From Azolla caroliniana (taxonomy: Eukaryota; Plantae; Polypodiophyta), in NCBI GenBank assembly GCA_043228905.1, contig JBHGNT010000002.1:12462001-12526000 (forward strand): a DNA stretch of 64,000 bases. Reading direction: 5' to 3'. The notes below the pieces were generated by a model. That model saw nothing but the letters and a program-made list of their open reading frames with translations, did not search any database and had not been told where the DNA came from. Numbering within the stretch: position 1 is the first letter of the stretch; every line of letters begins with the position of its first letter. This document shows positions 1 through 13,366 of this stretch, in pieces. The position numbers and the translations under genes are program-made.

Positions 1-221
1 TTCTATGAACACTCATAAAAATGTTTGTATAAAATACAATTAGTAATTCTCCTACTTCTAGTGTTCGAAGTTAACATCTTAGTACTGTACTCCATTTTGC
101 ATCTGTACTAATTGTCTACTCACTAAATGTTTTAGTATTCTTACTAACAACTTTGTATTGTGTTATCATGTCCATCACTAGAAATTGTCATGTTAAGGAT
201 TCTTATGTTACAACTTAGTAC

Positions 222-825
222 TGTTTTGAAATGTGAATCTTAAGATTTGGACCGTAGATAGACAAGAAAGATAGACTGAAAATGTACAAAATAGAAAACA
301 AGAAACAAGATACACAGGATTTACGTGGAAACCCTAAAACAAGGGAAAATCATGGGCAACAGATCTTCACTATGAATAGAGGTACAGATAGAAAAATAGA
401 TTACAAATCTCTACTAAACAAAGAATACCCACTTAGGGTTTGGGCTAGTTCCACTAAACTATGCCTCTCTCGCGCGCGTCTCTTCTTACTCTCTGCTCCA
501 CTAACTTCTACTCTCGACTACAGAAGCTCTATACACATCATTACTAATAAGTTTGCCCAAGCTATTCATATTTATAGGAGGGATATGTTAATATTATTAT
601 AATATATATAATAATAATTAATCGGCCCGACTTGTCGGCATCTGTCCAATGTAGTCTACTATCATAGTTGACTCTCGATCTCCTTCAAACGAGTCGACCA
701 CCCTGTCGGCTCATTGGACAATTCGATCGACCATCTTGCATTCAGCTTGTCGATTCGACTGTTGACTTCTCGCTTGACTTTGATTGTCGACATCTCCCAT
801 AGGAGGGACAAATTACTAGCAAACA
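222..825 (-). repeat. 3' LTR of degenerate Ty1/copia element A
   Basis: TGTTT...AAACA termini; polypurine tract (GGAGTGAAGGGAA on minus) adjoins at 826-838; shares the 'ttacgtggaaaccc' motif with the other copia LTRs here. Confidence 0.75.
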
Positions 826-837
826 TTCCCTTCACTC

Positions 838-2640
838 CTACAGGTAGAGTTGGCTTGTCTTGTCTTCTGTCAATAGACTTTGAGTCTGTCCATAAGTAGT
901 GGTTTCATAAGCATGTAGGATTCAATATCATCAGTATGGAGCTTCGCAAGAGTAAACTCTCCTCCATCCACCTTCTCTGAATATGCTTGGTCCAAGAGTG
1001 ACGCATTCTTGGCTAGATGTATGGCACTCTGACTATCACAACGGAGCATGAATTCTCCTTGCTTCATTCCCAGATCACTGAGAAAACTCCTCATCCATAT
1101 TAGCTCCTTACCAGCCTCTACAACAACCATATATGCTGCCTTTGTGGTCAACAAAGCCACAATATTTTGTAATCTTGATTGCCACGACACCTCCCCCTGC
1201 ATAGGTCATCACATAACCTAATGTGGATTAGCTTGAGTCTACATCCCCCGACATGTCTGAATCCGTAACACCTTCGAGGATAGGTTTACCCTTGAGGTGC
1301 CTTTCAAGTACATGAGTATCCACTTGACCACTCCCAGTGCTCTCGACCCGGATTACTCATATATCGTCTCATGGTTCCGACTGCAAATCTATGTATGGTC
1401 TCGTATAGACCGTAACATACATTAAACTACCGACGACCGTGGGATATGCTACTTTTCTCATCTTGGCCTTGTCCTTCTCCCATTTTGGACATTGCCTAGC
1501 ATTGAACTTGCAATTAATCGGCAACATAGACCTTACTGGTTTTGCTTTTGACATGTTGAATCTTTCCAAGATCTTTGTCACATGCTTCTGTTGTGACAAC
1601 CACAATGTGTTCTTAGTTCTGTCACAAACTATGTGCATCCCCAATATTTTCTTTGTCGGTCCAAGATCTTTTATGGTCGACTTGCCGAGTGCTTTCTTCA
1701 AGTTCGCAATCTTCTTGGTGTCTTGTCCGACCACTAACATGTCGTCAACATATAGCAAGAGAATCAAGAAATCACCTTCATCAAAACTTTTGACAAACAC
1801 ACAATGATCAGCTTGTGTTTTATGGAACGCATGTTCCAACATGAAGGATTTGAACTTGTTGTACCATTGGTGTGGATCTTGTACCATCTGTATGGTGGGT
1901 GCAAAGATCTCATCAAAATCGACCCCTTTCTTCTACTAAAACCCCCCTTTACTATGATTCGGGCCTTGTATCTGGGTGAGCAGCCATTTTCCCCATTTTT
2001 CAGCATGAAAATCCATTCGTTTCTCAGCGCTCTCTTACCTTTTGATAGTTCCACCAACTCGTAAGTGTAGTTCTCATGTAAGGAATCTATCTCATGTTGC
2101 ATTGCACTCTACCATTTCTCCTTGCGCTCTTCTTCCATGGCCTCCTCGTAGCATTCCGGCTCATCTTCATTAGTCAATAAAACATATTGACTGGCATATT
2201 GTGAGGGTTCGGACGTCTTCCACTTCCCATTATTGGCTCCGATTCAGATGTCTCTATCGACTCTTCACTCGGCCCATGTTCATATATGCCGATCGGTTGT
2301 TGAAGGTCGACTGACTCCGACTCGTATGCCTTAATTGACTTCTGAAGGTCAGAGGACTTCGATTCATTTATATTTGTCAGTTGCTCCAAGTTGACCAACT
2401 CGGATTCGGTTGTGTCGACTGGATGTCTCCTAATAGTTGACTGTGTTGAGTCGATCAATCCTGAGTCGATAGTAGTGGGAGTCGATTCAGAAGCCGGTTC
2501 CGACTTCTGCTGTTTCCAATCCTCGATTGTCTTGTCTTCCAAGAACATCATGTCCCGACTTCTCACCACCTTCTTGTTGAGTATGTCCCAAAACCTGTAG
2601 GCGAATTCATCCTCCAAGTACCCCAGGAATATGTTAGGAG
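838..2640 (-). pseudogene. Degenerate copia pol (integrase C-terminus, RT, RNase H), 5' truncated
   Basis: ORF fragments with LLLYVDDML, RYKARIIVKG, CDSQSAIHLAKN and YRFWD...VVRSRD; multiple frameshifts. Confidence 0.9.
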
Positions 2641-2940
2641 TCTGGTTTCATACTGAGGTTGGCGAGCATATTGAGATTCAGAGTTATCTCTAATTCTAGA
2701 ATCGTGCTAGAACTGTCGAGATCCTTTCGACTTTCGGTTATCATTGAATCGTTGATTTGATGGTCGGTTGTCTTCATTACTTCTACGATTATTGGACCTT
2801 CTATTATCTTGATATCAACCACCCCTATAAGGTCGTTGATTATTACTATCTTGTCGGGGCGAGTAATCCCATTCATAATTGTTCTGACTATCGCACTGAT
2901 TTGCCATTCTTCCTGAGCTAACTATAAAGCTCATTGTCGT
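2640..2940 (-). mobile_element. Inverted fragment of gypsy gag-protease linker
   Basis: Reverse complement resembles 10020-10260 of the + strand gypsy host. Confidence 0.45.
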
Positions 2941-3761
2941 TTCGCCTAGGTGGGTGGGGCGGGGAGGGGAAGGGTTTGGCAGGGTGCGGGGTTGTTGGGG
3001 TGGGGGGGTGAAGCCTAGAATGGCTTCACCCCCCTCCCAAGGGGGTTATGTGTGAGGGAAAGAGAGAAGTAAGGATCAAGTATTAATAGAGGAAGGAACT
3101 TGAAGGGATATAAAGTTAGAGGCATTTTTCAAAAATAGAAAAACCAAGAAAAAAGAAAAAGAAAAAGAACGTAGAAAAAGCAAGGTACAGGAAAAAGCTC
3201 ATAACTTCTTCATCTCATATCAAATTCCAAAAGAAAAGATTTGTAAGAAAGCTCACAAAGAGAGCTTTATTGTATGAAAAAGCAGAAATAATGATATGAA
3301 AAACACGTCACATAAGGTAATTCCAACAGTTCAGAGTTTGCTGAACAAATCCAGCAAGAAGCCAAAGGGGGAGTTCATAGTACTTCCCGATTTAACTACT
3401 GACCATTGTTTAGACGAGGAAAAGTTCGATTAGGAATACTTAGTCGAAGTTTGGGAGGAGGATACAATGATGTATCCATATCCTAATTATAATGATGAAG
3501 CCGACGGGGAGGCACATATATGCGCTTTTCCAACGACATGGTAGGCAAACCATGTATGCCAACGATTGTCGGAAGCAGATGCCGACAAATCTAAGATAGC
3601 AGAATTCGGATTATCGCTCGATGGGCAGTTGGTGAATTGGTACTCATAGCATGAGGCGGGTGAGTTTGATTCTTTTAAACAATTAACTACCAAATTTATC
3701 AAGCTATTTCATTGACAAGTTATGAAGAGGGACTAAATGACTCAATTCTATGTGTCGTATC

Positions 3762-4035
3762 TGACGGGAACTCAACGCTCCTTATGTCCAACGCTCGGCC
3801 ACAACCGAGATTCTTTTCATACACAGAAAACAGGAAACGGAAACCACGCGACAAAGGAGAAGAAAAGGTACACAGGATGTTTACGTGGAAAACCCAAACT
3901 GAGGGAAAAACCACGGCAGCCCACAGGCTGCAAACTATCACTATGTTGGAATGTACAAAATAGTGAGTTCACGGAGGTAACGACCTCGTGCTCACGATCT
4001 TCGCCACAGGCGGCGGTAACAACAGAGGCATCGAC

Positions 4036-4074
<39 letters not shown>

Positions 4075-4503
4075 CACTGTTACGTGCTCTCTCTTCTTCT
4101 TGCACCAACAAGAAAATGACAACAATAACCACATAAAAGTTTGCCCTAAGTCATATTTATACTAATATGACTTTTCGGCTATTTACAAATATAGCTTCGA
4201 TGGACTCTCTGAAACATATTTACGAATATGTCTCTTCATCCGGTTCTCACCGGGTCTGCGTCATCCGGCTCTACGTAGCCGGGTACTCCTCATCCGGTTC
4301 TCACCGGGTTTGCGCCATCCGGCTCTCCGTAGCCGGGTACTCCTCATCCGGTCTTCACCGGGTCTGCACCATCCGGCTCTCCATAGCCGGGTACTCCTCA
4401 TCCGGTCTTCATCGGGTCTGCACCATCTGGCTCTCCGTAGCCGGGTACTCCTCATCCGGTCTTCACCGGGTCTGCACCATCCGGAGGGACCTGTCTCCCA
4501 ACA
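3762..4503 (-). repeat. 3' LTR of copia B with ~4.7 copies of a 54-bp tandem unit
   Basis: Direct repeat of 8567-9401; PPT GGAGTGAAGGGGGAGCT (minus) at 4504-4520. Confidence 0.95.
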
Positions 4504-4513
4504 AGCTCCCCCT

Positions 4514-7500
4514 TCACTCCGGCATGGGGTGTCTTACTACTTCGATCCTCTTCCGGCATGTGTCTAGCTTGTCGGGTGTCAGCACTTTGGTCAGCATATC
4601 TGACCCGTTCTCGGTCATGTGGATCTTCATCAGTGCGAACTCCTGGTCGTGTGATATCTTCGCTGGATATGCTTCGTCCGGGAATGGTAGGCCGCATTCT
4701 TTGCAAGGTGGATGGCACTTTGACTGTCGCAATAGAGTTGGTATTCCTCTTGCCGGATACCGAGCTCTCCGATGAAGTCCTTCATCCATAATATTTCCTT
4801 GTCGGCTTCCACAGCCGCCATGTACTCCGCCTCTATGGTTGACAACACAACCGTCTTCTGTAGCCTCGACTGCCACGAAACAGCTCCCCCTGCATATGTC
4901 ATTACATACCCGGATGTAGACCGCCTGGTATCCACATCAGCCGACATGTCTGAATCGGTGAAACCGTCTAGTTGAGGTTTTCCGGAGCCGAATTGGAGAC
5001 ACATATTTGAAGTGCCCTTCAAATACCGGAGTATCCATTTGACAGCGTTCCACTGCTCCTTGCCGAGATTGCTCATAAACCGGCTCACCACTCCGACTGC
5101 GTATCCTATATCTGGTCGGCTACACACCATTGCGTACATCAAGCTCCCGACGGTAGAGGCATATGGAATCTTCATCATATCCGCCTTCTCTGCTTTCGTC
5201 TTTGGGCTTTGCTTATCGGATAGCCTACAGTTTTCCGGAAGTGTCGATCCGACCGGTTTCACTTCTGACATGTTGAACCAGTGAAGCACCTTTGTCACGT
5301 ACTTCTCCTGTGACAGCCATAATTGCTTCTTTGACCGGTCCCGAATGATGTGCATCCCTAACATTTGTCTTGCCAGACCCAAGTCTTTCATTGAGAAGGT
5401 CCGGTTGAGAGCCTTCTTCAGCATCCATATTTTGACTTGGTCACGTCCGACGATCAACATGTCATCCACGTACAGGAGGAGTATCAAGAAGTCGCCTCCT
5501 TCGAACTTCTTCACAAACACGTAGTGATCGGCCTGCGTCTTGTGGTACCCTTGATCAGTCATGAAGGAATCGAACTTCCAGTACCATTGTCGGGGAGCCT
5601 GCTTTTGTCCGTACAGGCTCTTCTTCAGCCGGCATACCAGGTGCTCCTTCCCTTTCTCCACAAATCCTTCCGGTTTCTGCATGTAGATCTCCTCTTCGAG
5701 GTCGCCGTGAAGGAATGCCGTCTTCACGTCCAGCTGCTCTACCTCAAGGTCCATGCTTGCTGCTATACTCAACACCGTCCGGATGGAGGTCATCTTTACT
5801 ACCGGGGCAAATATCTCGTCGAAGTCCACACCCTTCTTCTACTGGAACCCCTTCACCACGATCCTGGCTTTGTATCTCGGCGGGTTGCTGGCATCTCCCG
5901 GTTTCAACTTGTACACCCACTTGTTACGGAGTGCCCGCTTTCCTTTCGGCAACTCCACCAATTCGTACGTATGGTTCTCATGCAGGGAATCCATCTCGTC
6001 CTGCATGGCACTTAACCATTTTCCGTTGTGGGTGTCATCCTTCGCTTCTTCGAAGCTTTTCGGCTCCCCCTCATCGGTCAGCAGCACATGCTCTGAATCC
6101 GGAAATCTCCGGGGGGCCCTTCTCTCTCTGAGAGGATATCTCCGTCTTTGGGCTTCGGTAGCCGGCTCCTCCATTTTCTCTTCATCCGAATCCGATTCGG
6201 GGTCTAGGCCGGTTCCGGTCTCAGCTTCCTCTATTCTTCTTCTGCCGGTTCGGTATCCTCACCGTAACCAGCTGGTTCCTCGAGTGCTAACCGGTCTCTT
6301 GCTGGTTGGGTCTGGTCATCGTAGAGTCTATCCTTACCGGTTGACTCGGAGTTCATTATCTTCTTCTCCGACTCCCAGTTGGCGAGCATCTTGTCCTCCA
6401 TGAAGATAATATCTCGACTACGGAATACCTTCTTGTCGACCGGGTCCCACACTCGGTAGCCAAACTCATCGTCACCGTAACCGAGGAATATGCATGGCCG
6501 GGTCTTTGGATCTAGCTTTCCTCTCCGGTCCTTTGCATGCACGTACGCGAGAGACCCGAACACCTTTAGATGCCGGTAGGACACTTCCTTACCGGTCCAT
6601 ACTCTCTGTGGCGTGTCTCCGTCCAAGGGTACTGAGGGTGATCTGTTTATCACGTATGTCGCCGTTGACAATGCCTCAACCCAAAACTTCTTGGGTAGTT
6701 TTGCATGCGCTAGCATACTCCGGACCCTCTCCATTATGGTCCGGTTCATCCTCTCGGCAAGTCCGTTTAGTTCCGGCGTCTTCGGCACGGTAAATTTGAG
6801 CCGGATTCCCTTCGAGCGGTAGTACTCCTCGAACTGCCCCCGGTATTCTCCTCCGTTGTCTGCTCGAACCGCCTTCAGCTTCCGGCCGGTTTCTCTTTCC
6901 ACTCTCGCGTGGAGCTCTTTGAAGACGGATAGCACCTGATCCTTCGTCTTCAACGGTGTGGCCCACAGCTTCCGGTTGTGGTCATCTATAAACGTCACGA
7001 AGTACTGCGCTCCGGCATGTGACTTCGTGTCTACTTGACACACATCCGTATGCACCAACTCCAGTGGTGCATTACGTCTCATCGGTGGCCTTGGTCGGAA
7101 GGAGGTCTGGTTTTGTTTACCGGCCAGACAATCAGTGCACTTCTCCAAGTGCACGTTCTTCACTGGAATGAGGTTGTCGTCTGCAAGCCTCTTCATCCCC
7201 TTCTTACTCATGTGACACAGCCTTTTGTGCCACAGCTCACCGACAGTGTCGAATGCCACGTTCACTTCCTCCGGACATAACCGGGCATTCATCAGGTACA
7301 GTGTGTTGACCTTCCGGGCCCGAGCCACAATCAGGCTCGCTTTGCTGAACTTCATGACACCGTTCCGGATGCTACCCGTGTAGCCTTCATCATCTAGTTG
7401 ACCGGCTGATATCAGGTTCAGACGAACCTCCGGAACGTGTCAGACATCCCTCAGTAGCAACTTGCATCTGGTTGGTGTTGACAACCACACGTCTCCTATG

Positions 7501-8537
7501 CCAACAATTCGGCATGTACCTTCATTCCCCATCCGGACACAGCCGTGGTCACCGGTTGAGTAGGATGAGAAGCATTTCCGGTCCGGGGTAAGGTGGAACG
7601 ATGCTCCGGAGTCTACCACCTAGGTCATCTCGTCGCCGGCAAGGTTTATCTCACTCTCCTCGGTGATGAGCATCAACTCTTCTTCACTTGCCGCGATTGC
7701 CGTCATTCCCTTCCGGTCTAGCCCCCTCCGGTCTTTACCGTTCCGGTCCGGGGTCCGCTTCGAATCGGTACCGTCGGTCTCCTTATCTTTTCAGAAATGC
7801 CGACAATTCTTTTGGAAGTGTCTCGGCTTGCCGCAATAGAAGCAAGTGGGCCTCCCCCTTGACTTTGACCGTGTCCCCGACTTCTCCCGGTTCTGGGGAC
7901 TACGGTTTCTATGTCTTCCGCGTTCCGATTTGGTAAGGAGCGCTTTGGAGTCGGAGCTCGTATCTTTATCTTTCCGACGCGCCTCCTCATCTAGCAAGCT
8001 CGACTTTACTCTTGCTAGGGATAACCGTTTACCTTCCAGCCCGGCGTTGCCCAAAGTGACAACTAACATCTCCCAGCTATCCGGGAGGGAGCCGAGCAGG
8101 AGTAGTGCTAGTACCTCGTCGGCGAGAGGTACTTCCAATGATGTTGCTTGGTGTATCAGCGCCTGGAAGGCATTCATGTGCTCCGCCATGTTGGAGCCAT
8201 CTTGGTACCGGAGTCTTACTAGCTTCCGGAATACCGAAACCTGGTTAACAACATTTTTGTTTTGAAACATTATGCCAATCTTCTCCCAGAGCTCATGAGC
8301 CTTGCTCTCTTCATTGAAGTTGTTGTACAAGCTCATGTCGATGAAGCACCGTATGTACGCCGTTGTCTTCATGTGCATCACCTCCCATATCGCGGCGTCG
8401 ATTTTGTCCGGTCTCTTTTCCCCGAACTGAACCGACAGCCAGAGGTCTTTAACCACGAGCATATCCCTCATCTTTGACTTCCACACTGAATAGTTGGAGC
8501 CGGTGAGCTTGAACATGCCGCCGAACGATTCGTCCAT
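4514..8537 (-). pseudogene. Copia B gag-pol polyprotein (gag with CCHC knuckle, protease, integrase, RT, RNase H)
   Basis: CFYCGKPRHFQKNC knuckle; VVDSGAS protease at ~7610; LVHTD...DNGGEY...AERMNR integrase; YVDDML RT; CDSQSAI RNase H; in-frame stops and frameshifts split the ORF. Confidence 0.95.
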
Positions 8538-8552
8538 TTTCTGTGTCGTTTC

Positions 8553-8564
8553 GCTCTGATACCA
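8553..8564 (-). promoter_or_regulatory. Primer-binding site, tRNA-iMet (TGGTATCAGAGC)
   Basis: Canonical sequence 2 nt inside the 5' LTR boundary. Confidence 0.95.
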
Positions 8565-8566
8565 CT

Positions 8567-9401
8567 TGATGGGAACTCAACGCTCCTTATGTCCAACGCT
8601 CGGCCACAACCGAGAATCTTTTCATACACAGAAAACAGGAAACGGAAACCACGCGACAAAGGAGAAGAAAAGGTACACAGGATGTTTACGTGGAAAACCC
8701 AAATTGAGGGAAAAACCACGGCAGCCCACAGGCTGCAAACTATCACTATGTTGGAATGTACAAAATAGTGAGTTCACGGAGGCAACGACCTCGTGCTCAC
8801 GATCTTCGCCACAGGCGGCGGTTACAACAGAGGCAGCAACCTCTTTCTCTCTCTCTCTCTCTGTACACTGTTACGTGCTCTCTCTTCTTCTTGCACCAAC
8901 AAGAAAATGACAACAATAACCACATAAAAGTTTGCCCTAAGTCATATTTATACTAATATGACTTTTCGGCTATTTACAAATATAGCCTCGATGGACTCTC
9001 TGAAACATATTTATGAATATGTCTCTTCATGCGGTTCTCACCGGGTCTACGTCATCCGGCTCTCCGTAGCCGGGTACTCCTCATCCGGTTCTCACCGGGT
9101 CTGCGCCATCCGGCTCTCCGTAGCTGGGTACTCCTCATCCGGTCTTCACCGGGTCTGCACCATCCGGCTCTCCGTAGCCGGGTACTCCTCATCCGGTTCT
9201 CACGGGGTCTGCGCCGTCCGGCTCTCCATAGCCGGGTACTCCTCATCCGGTCTTCACCGGGTCTACACCATCCGGCTCTCCGTAGCCGGGTACTCCTCAT
9301 CCGGTCTTCACCGGTCTGCACCCTCTGGCTCTCCGTAGCCGGGTACTCCTCATCCGGTCTTCACCGGGTCTGCACCATCCGGAGGGACCTGTCTCCCAAC
9401 A
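8567..9401 (-). repeat. 5' LTR of copia B with ~6.7 copies of the 54-bp unit
   Basis: Direct repeat of 3762-4503; followed by TSD GTATC. Confidence 0.95.
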
Positions 9402-11628
9402 GTATCAAGAAGCCCATGAAGCTGTGCCACAATTTATTATTAGGTTTCCAAACCTTCAATGATACTTAGCACAACCTCTCCCAGAAGATGACTTGAGAGA
9501 GCCTTTCTTTTCCACACTACGAAAGCCGCTTCGAACAACGTTAGCCATGTTCGATTTCAAGGATCAATCATTGGAACATGTGATTGAAAAAGCACTTGTC
9601 ATGGACAAGACATAGACCAATAATAGTCTGTCCATGGCGTCATTACAACGGTCTTTACCAACGTTTGAATAGTTGAGGTTCCAACAAGCAATCCAATGCA
9701 CGTCATGTCTCAATTTGAGGCATTCTACATCGAATGCACTTTACGCACTCATTGTTCGATCTACCATTCCAAGGCGCATACGATTGACCATTGCGAGTAC
9801 AATCTGTTCAATAAAGTTGGGGCACCAATCACACATATACAACCGCAAGATGATCCCCAAGAGGATCGGAATTAGTCAGTACACAGGTTTCGGGAAGAAG
9901 ATCAGCCAAGGTATGATGATCACTACTAGTCGGATCGCAATCGATGAGTCGATTATCGCCGCAATGATGAGTATCGAGGAGAGGAGGATCAACATGATGA
10001 GTATCGAAGGGTAGTTGGTATAGTGATGACTGGGAATATTTACCCTGCCAAGTTAGAAATAATCAATAGCCTTATAGAGCTAATAAATATCATGATGAGA
10101 GAAGGCCTTATGACCAAAGAAGAAATGAGGACAATCGGCCACATAATTTTCGCTTTCAAAACGACAAAAGAAGACCTAAGGCATCTTGACAATTTCAGTA
10201 TAATTCTAGAACCAAAGATGAAATAGAGCCACAAGATGTTTGGCAATCACAATACGAAAATGGCAAATCCAGTGGGCTGACAGTGCCAAATTTCTCTATT
10301 TGTAGAAAGGATTGTCATTAAGCAAATCAATGCCCAACTAAAGATAAAGGAAAGGCACCGGTAGTAAACATGGTTACTACCGAGGTTCATCAAGTCACAA
10401 GTCACAACAAAACGAAACAATCAAAGTGGGATATAGAGTAGGCAGTTAGGAAAGCAACAAAGGAATGGGTCGGGGAGGCGAACAACAACAATGTTGCCAG
10501 GATGCTGCAAGAGAAAACTGCCCCGGATGTCACGACAAACAGGTCAGGAAGTCGACAAGAGGAAGCACCAACTGTTAACCTGACGAGGATGAAACATTGA
10601 GAATCTTGGCCAACTGCCAGATATCATTAGCATTGACCGACTTACTAAAATTAGTTCCTCGGTTCACAGAAAAGGTGGCTGAACCATTATCGCAAGAAAA
10701 GAGTTGGAAAATGTATTGGTAAATTTTACTACAATCAAAGGACCGACAATAATGGATGAACAAAACCCGACAATGAAGGTCATCATTCGTGGTCAAGAAG
10801 TTTCGGGGAGCATAGTGGATGGAGGATCAAGAGTGAATGTGATCAACAAGACCACCTGTGATCACCTAGGTATTACTACTTGGGAAGCATGTCCATTCTG
10901 GCTACGAATGGTAGATACCAATACTATTTGACTGATCAATAGGGCTCATCTGACAACTTGATATTGTTATTGGTGGTCATACATGTCACATATTGGCCAT
11001 CATTCTTCATTTGGAGGCACAAGGAGCTTACCCTCTACTATTGGGCCGACCATGGCTTCAAACTGCCAATGGTAAATAGATTTGGTAGAAGAATATTCTA
11101 ACATTCCGGAAGGGCAAAGCAAAGGTTCAAGTTTCGACTTAGGAAAAAGTCACCACAACACGGTAATGTGTGCCTTTGTATGCTGAGGCTGTTAGTATGA
11201 TGGAGGGACTAGACGAGGGAGAAGAACATTAGTATTTTGAAGACAATTCCACGATTATTGCATTATTCAAAATTGACACCGTCAAAGTATTCATGCCATA
11301 TCTCGCAGAGGTCAAGAATGAGGATGATGTGCAAATCGATGATAAAATTCTCAGGGAGTTACAACAGCAACAAAAAGCAATGGAGAAAGGAATGCAAGTA
11401 TCAGAGTGTGTACAAGCTTCGACACTAGAGGAATTAAATCTCACCAACAATGAGAAAGAGCCGAAAATAGTGCTCATAGCGAAAGAGATGTAGTCGCCCG
11501 ACAAGACAAGATTGGTCGACTACTGCGACAATATAGAGATGTGTTTGCATGGTCGTTCAAAGATATGAAGGGCCTAGATCCGGCATTCTGCCAACATTGG
11601 ATTAATCTGCACAAGGACGTAAAGCCGG

Positions 11629-11651
11629 TTTAGGGTTTAGGGTTTAGGGTT
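11629..11651 (+). repeat. Three copies of the plant telomeric repeat TTTAGGG
   Basis: tttagggtttagggtttagggtt lies exactly where the gypsy RT breaks off. Confidence 0.85.
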
Positions 11652-13200
11652 CGCAGCCTTCCCCCTTGTCTCCTTGCCGCCACCGTCAGTCTCTTGGGCT
11701 TACGTCGGGTCTGCTCTCGATCATCTTCTTCTCGAATTCCAACCTTCCCCTTAGTCGATCTTTCTCCCCATGTAAAGAGGGTGGCTCGTTCCACACCCTC
11801 TTCCGTGCCTAGTACCGTCGTACCTCGATTGGCCTCCGCCTTGACCACGTCCCTCTTTCCGCGCGCCCCCTTCCTATTGTGATGTTGTGCCCTCGCATGC
11901 CACCTCCGTTTCGTGACTGGGTGGCCACGCTATGTGAGCTTCTCAGAGCTTCTCCTCTTTATGCCAGGTGGTCGAGTCTTTGGCGGAAGTTGCGGGACAT
12001 CGTCCCCATTGAAACAGTTGTCCTCTTCGACCTCACCCATTTCACCTCTTCTTCTCGAATTCTTTGTCTTCCAACTCCATCCTCCTTTGCCGCCCTTCAC
12101 GTCGGGTTAAGATGTCGCGGAATCTTGCGCTTGCATGTCGGATCTCGGCGGGACCATCGGGGTCATGGACTAGGATTGGTTCCGGATGGTGTTTGGGGAA
12201 GACCGACCCGGATGGTTCCGGATGCATTCCGGAAGTGACCTAGACTCTTGAAGGAAGAGAGTGTGCGTGTACCCACGCGGCCCTCCTGCCCGTGTGTACA
12301 AGGGCCTCAAAAGAAGCTCAGGCCACGGCCCGGTTAACCACGCCCGCACACACGCACGCACACATATACACACACCGATTACAAGCAGCACACCAAACCA
12401 ACACCCAACACACACATTCGCACCTAGGCACCAGAGACCCCTAAGCTAACTCCCAAAACACATCCTTATATATATAGACATAGATATGTGTAAGTACATA
12501 GCACGTTGCAACGTCGACTAAGCTGGTTTCACCACAGAGACAAAGAGGGCGCCTACATCCCAGAACCAGTCGGGAGCTCACGGGCCCGCCAACGAGACTG
12601 GAGTCTTGTGCAAGGCACGCCTCTTCTAGAACAACAGTCTTCTGTCACCAAGCTGCCAGTCAAGGAGCACTCAGGCTCGCGTACGCGAGTGGGGATCTTG
12701 CACGAGAGAGAGAGAGAAAGCTGAGGACCGATGCCTTCGAGCACTCAGGCTCGTCACGAACAACAACAACATAGAGACAACAACCACCCTAATAGAGAAC
12801 AGAGACCTAACAAAACAAAAGACAGGGAACTCAACTCTAGCCTCACAACACAAAGCTTAGTGTATAAGACAAAACCCTAGATGAACAAAATGGAAACAAA
12901 CTCTATTATGAAGAAACCCAAAAATGGAACCGGCTAAAGGGGACCTATGGAACCTCAAAATGAGGAACCCTTTTACAAGGGATGCTCCCTTCCTTTTATA
13001 GAACAAGGAGAGGGATGCGTAACAATGTGGGATAAATCCCGTTGTACATGGGATCCTCTGTCCCGAATTAACTCCTGTTCGGCGCCATAAAGGAGCCCCT
13101 CTTATTTGCACGTATACACAAGGGTGGGTGCCCATGCCACACCCTGCCGATGTTCCCATTATTCCCTGTTTTCTCGCTAAGGCCGGGAATCTTCACGACA
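11629..13200 (-). mobile_element. Truncated LTR or 5' region of a gypsy-type element inserted into the methyltransferase gene
   Basis: Starts TGTCGTG on minus, the same terminus as elements G and H; TATA-like CTATAAAAGG at ~12991-13000; GA microsatellite; other end not identifiable. Confidence 0.6.
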
Positions 13201-13366
13201 CCGGATGTGGTGACTGCTCTTAATGCGGTAGTTCATAAAACATCAGTCAAGTTGTCGACAACCGAACAAGACGCTTACGACTGTCTAATTTTGCATCGAG
13301 TTAAGAATAGATTCAACAACCTTAAGAAATGCAATATAGTGAAAGACACCTATAAATAATCCTTAC

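Larger units (their letters stand above)
3762..9401 (-). mobile_element. Full-length Ty1/copia LTR retrotransposon B (Tnt1-like), with a few disablements
   Basis: Two TG..CA LTRs (3762-4503, 8567-9401); 5-bp TSD GTATC at 3757-3761 and 9402-9406; PBS and PPT present; gag-PR-INT-RT-RH order. Confidence 0.97.
3300..11628 (+). mobile_element. Degenerate Ty3/gypsy (Tat/Athila-like) host element: gag, protease and start of RT, interrupted by copia B
   Basis: Gag remnant continues across the GTATC target duplication; protease IVDGGSRVNVI (10704-10931); RT start DVFAWSFKDMKGLDP at ~11538; breaks off at 11628. Confidence 0.8.

Noticed and set aside
4167-4775. Repetitive ORFs (SSSGLHRVCTIRLSVAGY)n, also at 8958-9469 and 27216-27731
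   Set aside because: Translations of LTR tandem repeats whose unit lengths are multiples of three
12520-12540. PBS for the LTR ending at 13200 (TGGTGAAACCAG on minus)
   Set aside because: Only a partial match to the Trp PBS and no adjacent ACGACA LTR end
11625-13204. CCGG on both sides as a TSD of a clean insertion
   Set aside because: The flanks are not continuous (gypsy RT versus MTase gene) and the left end lacks TG; probably coincidence or microhomology
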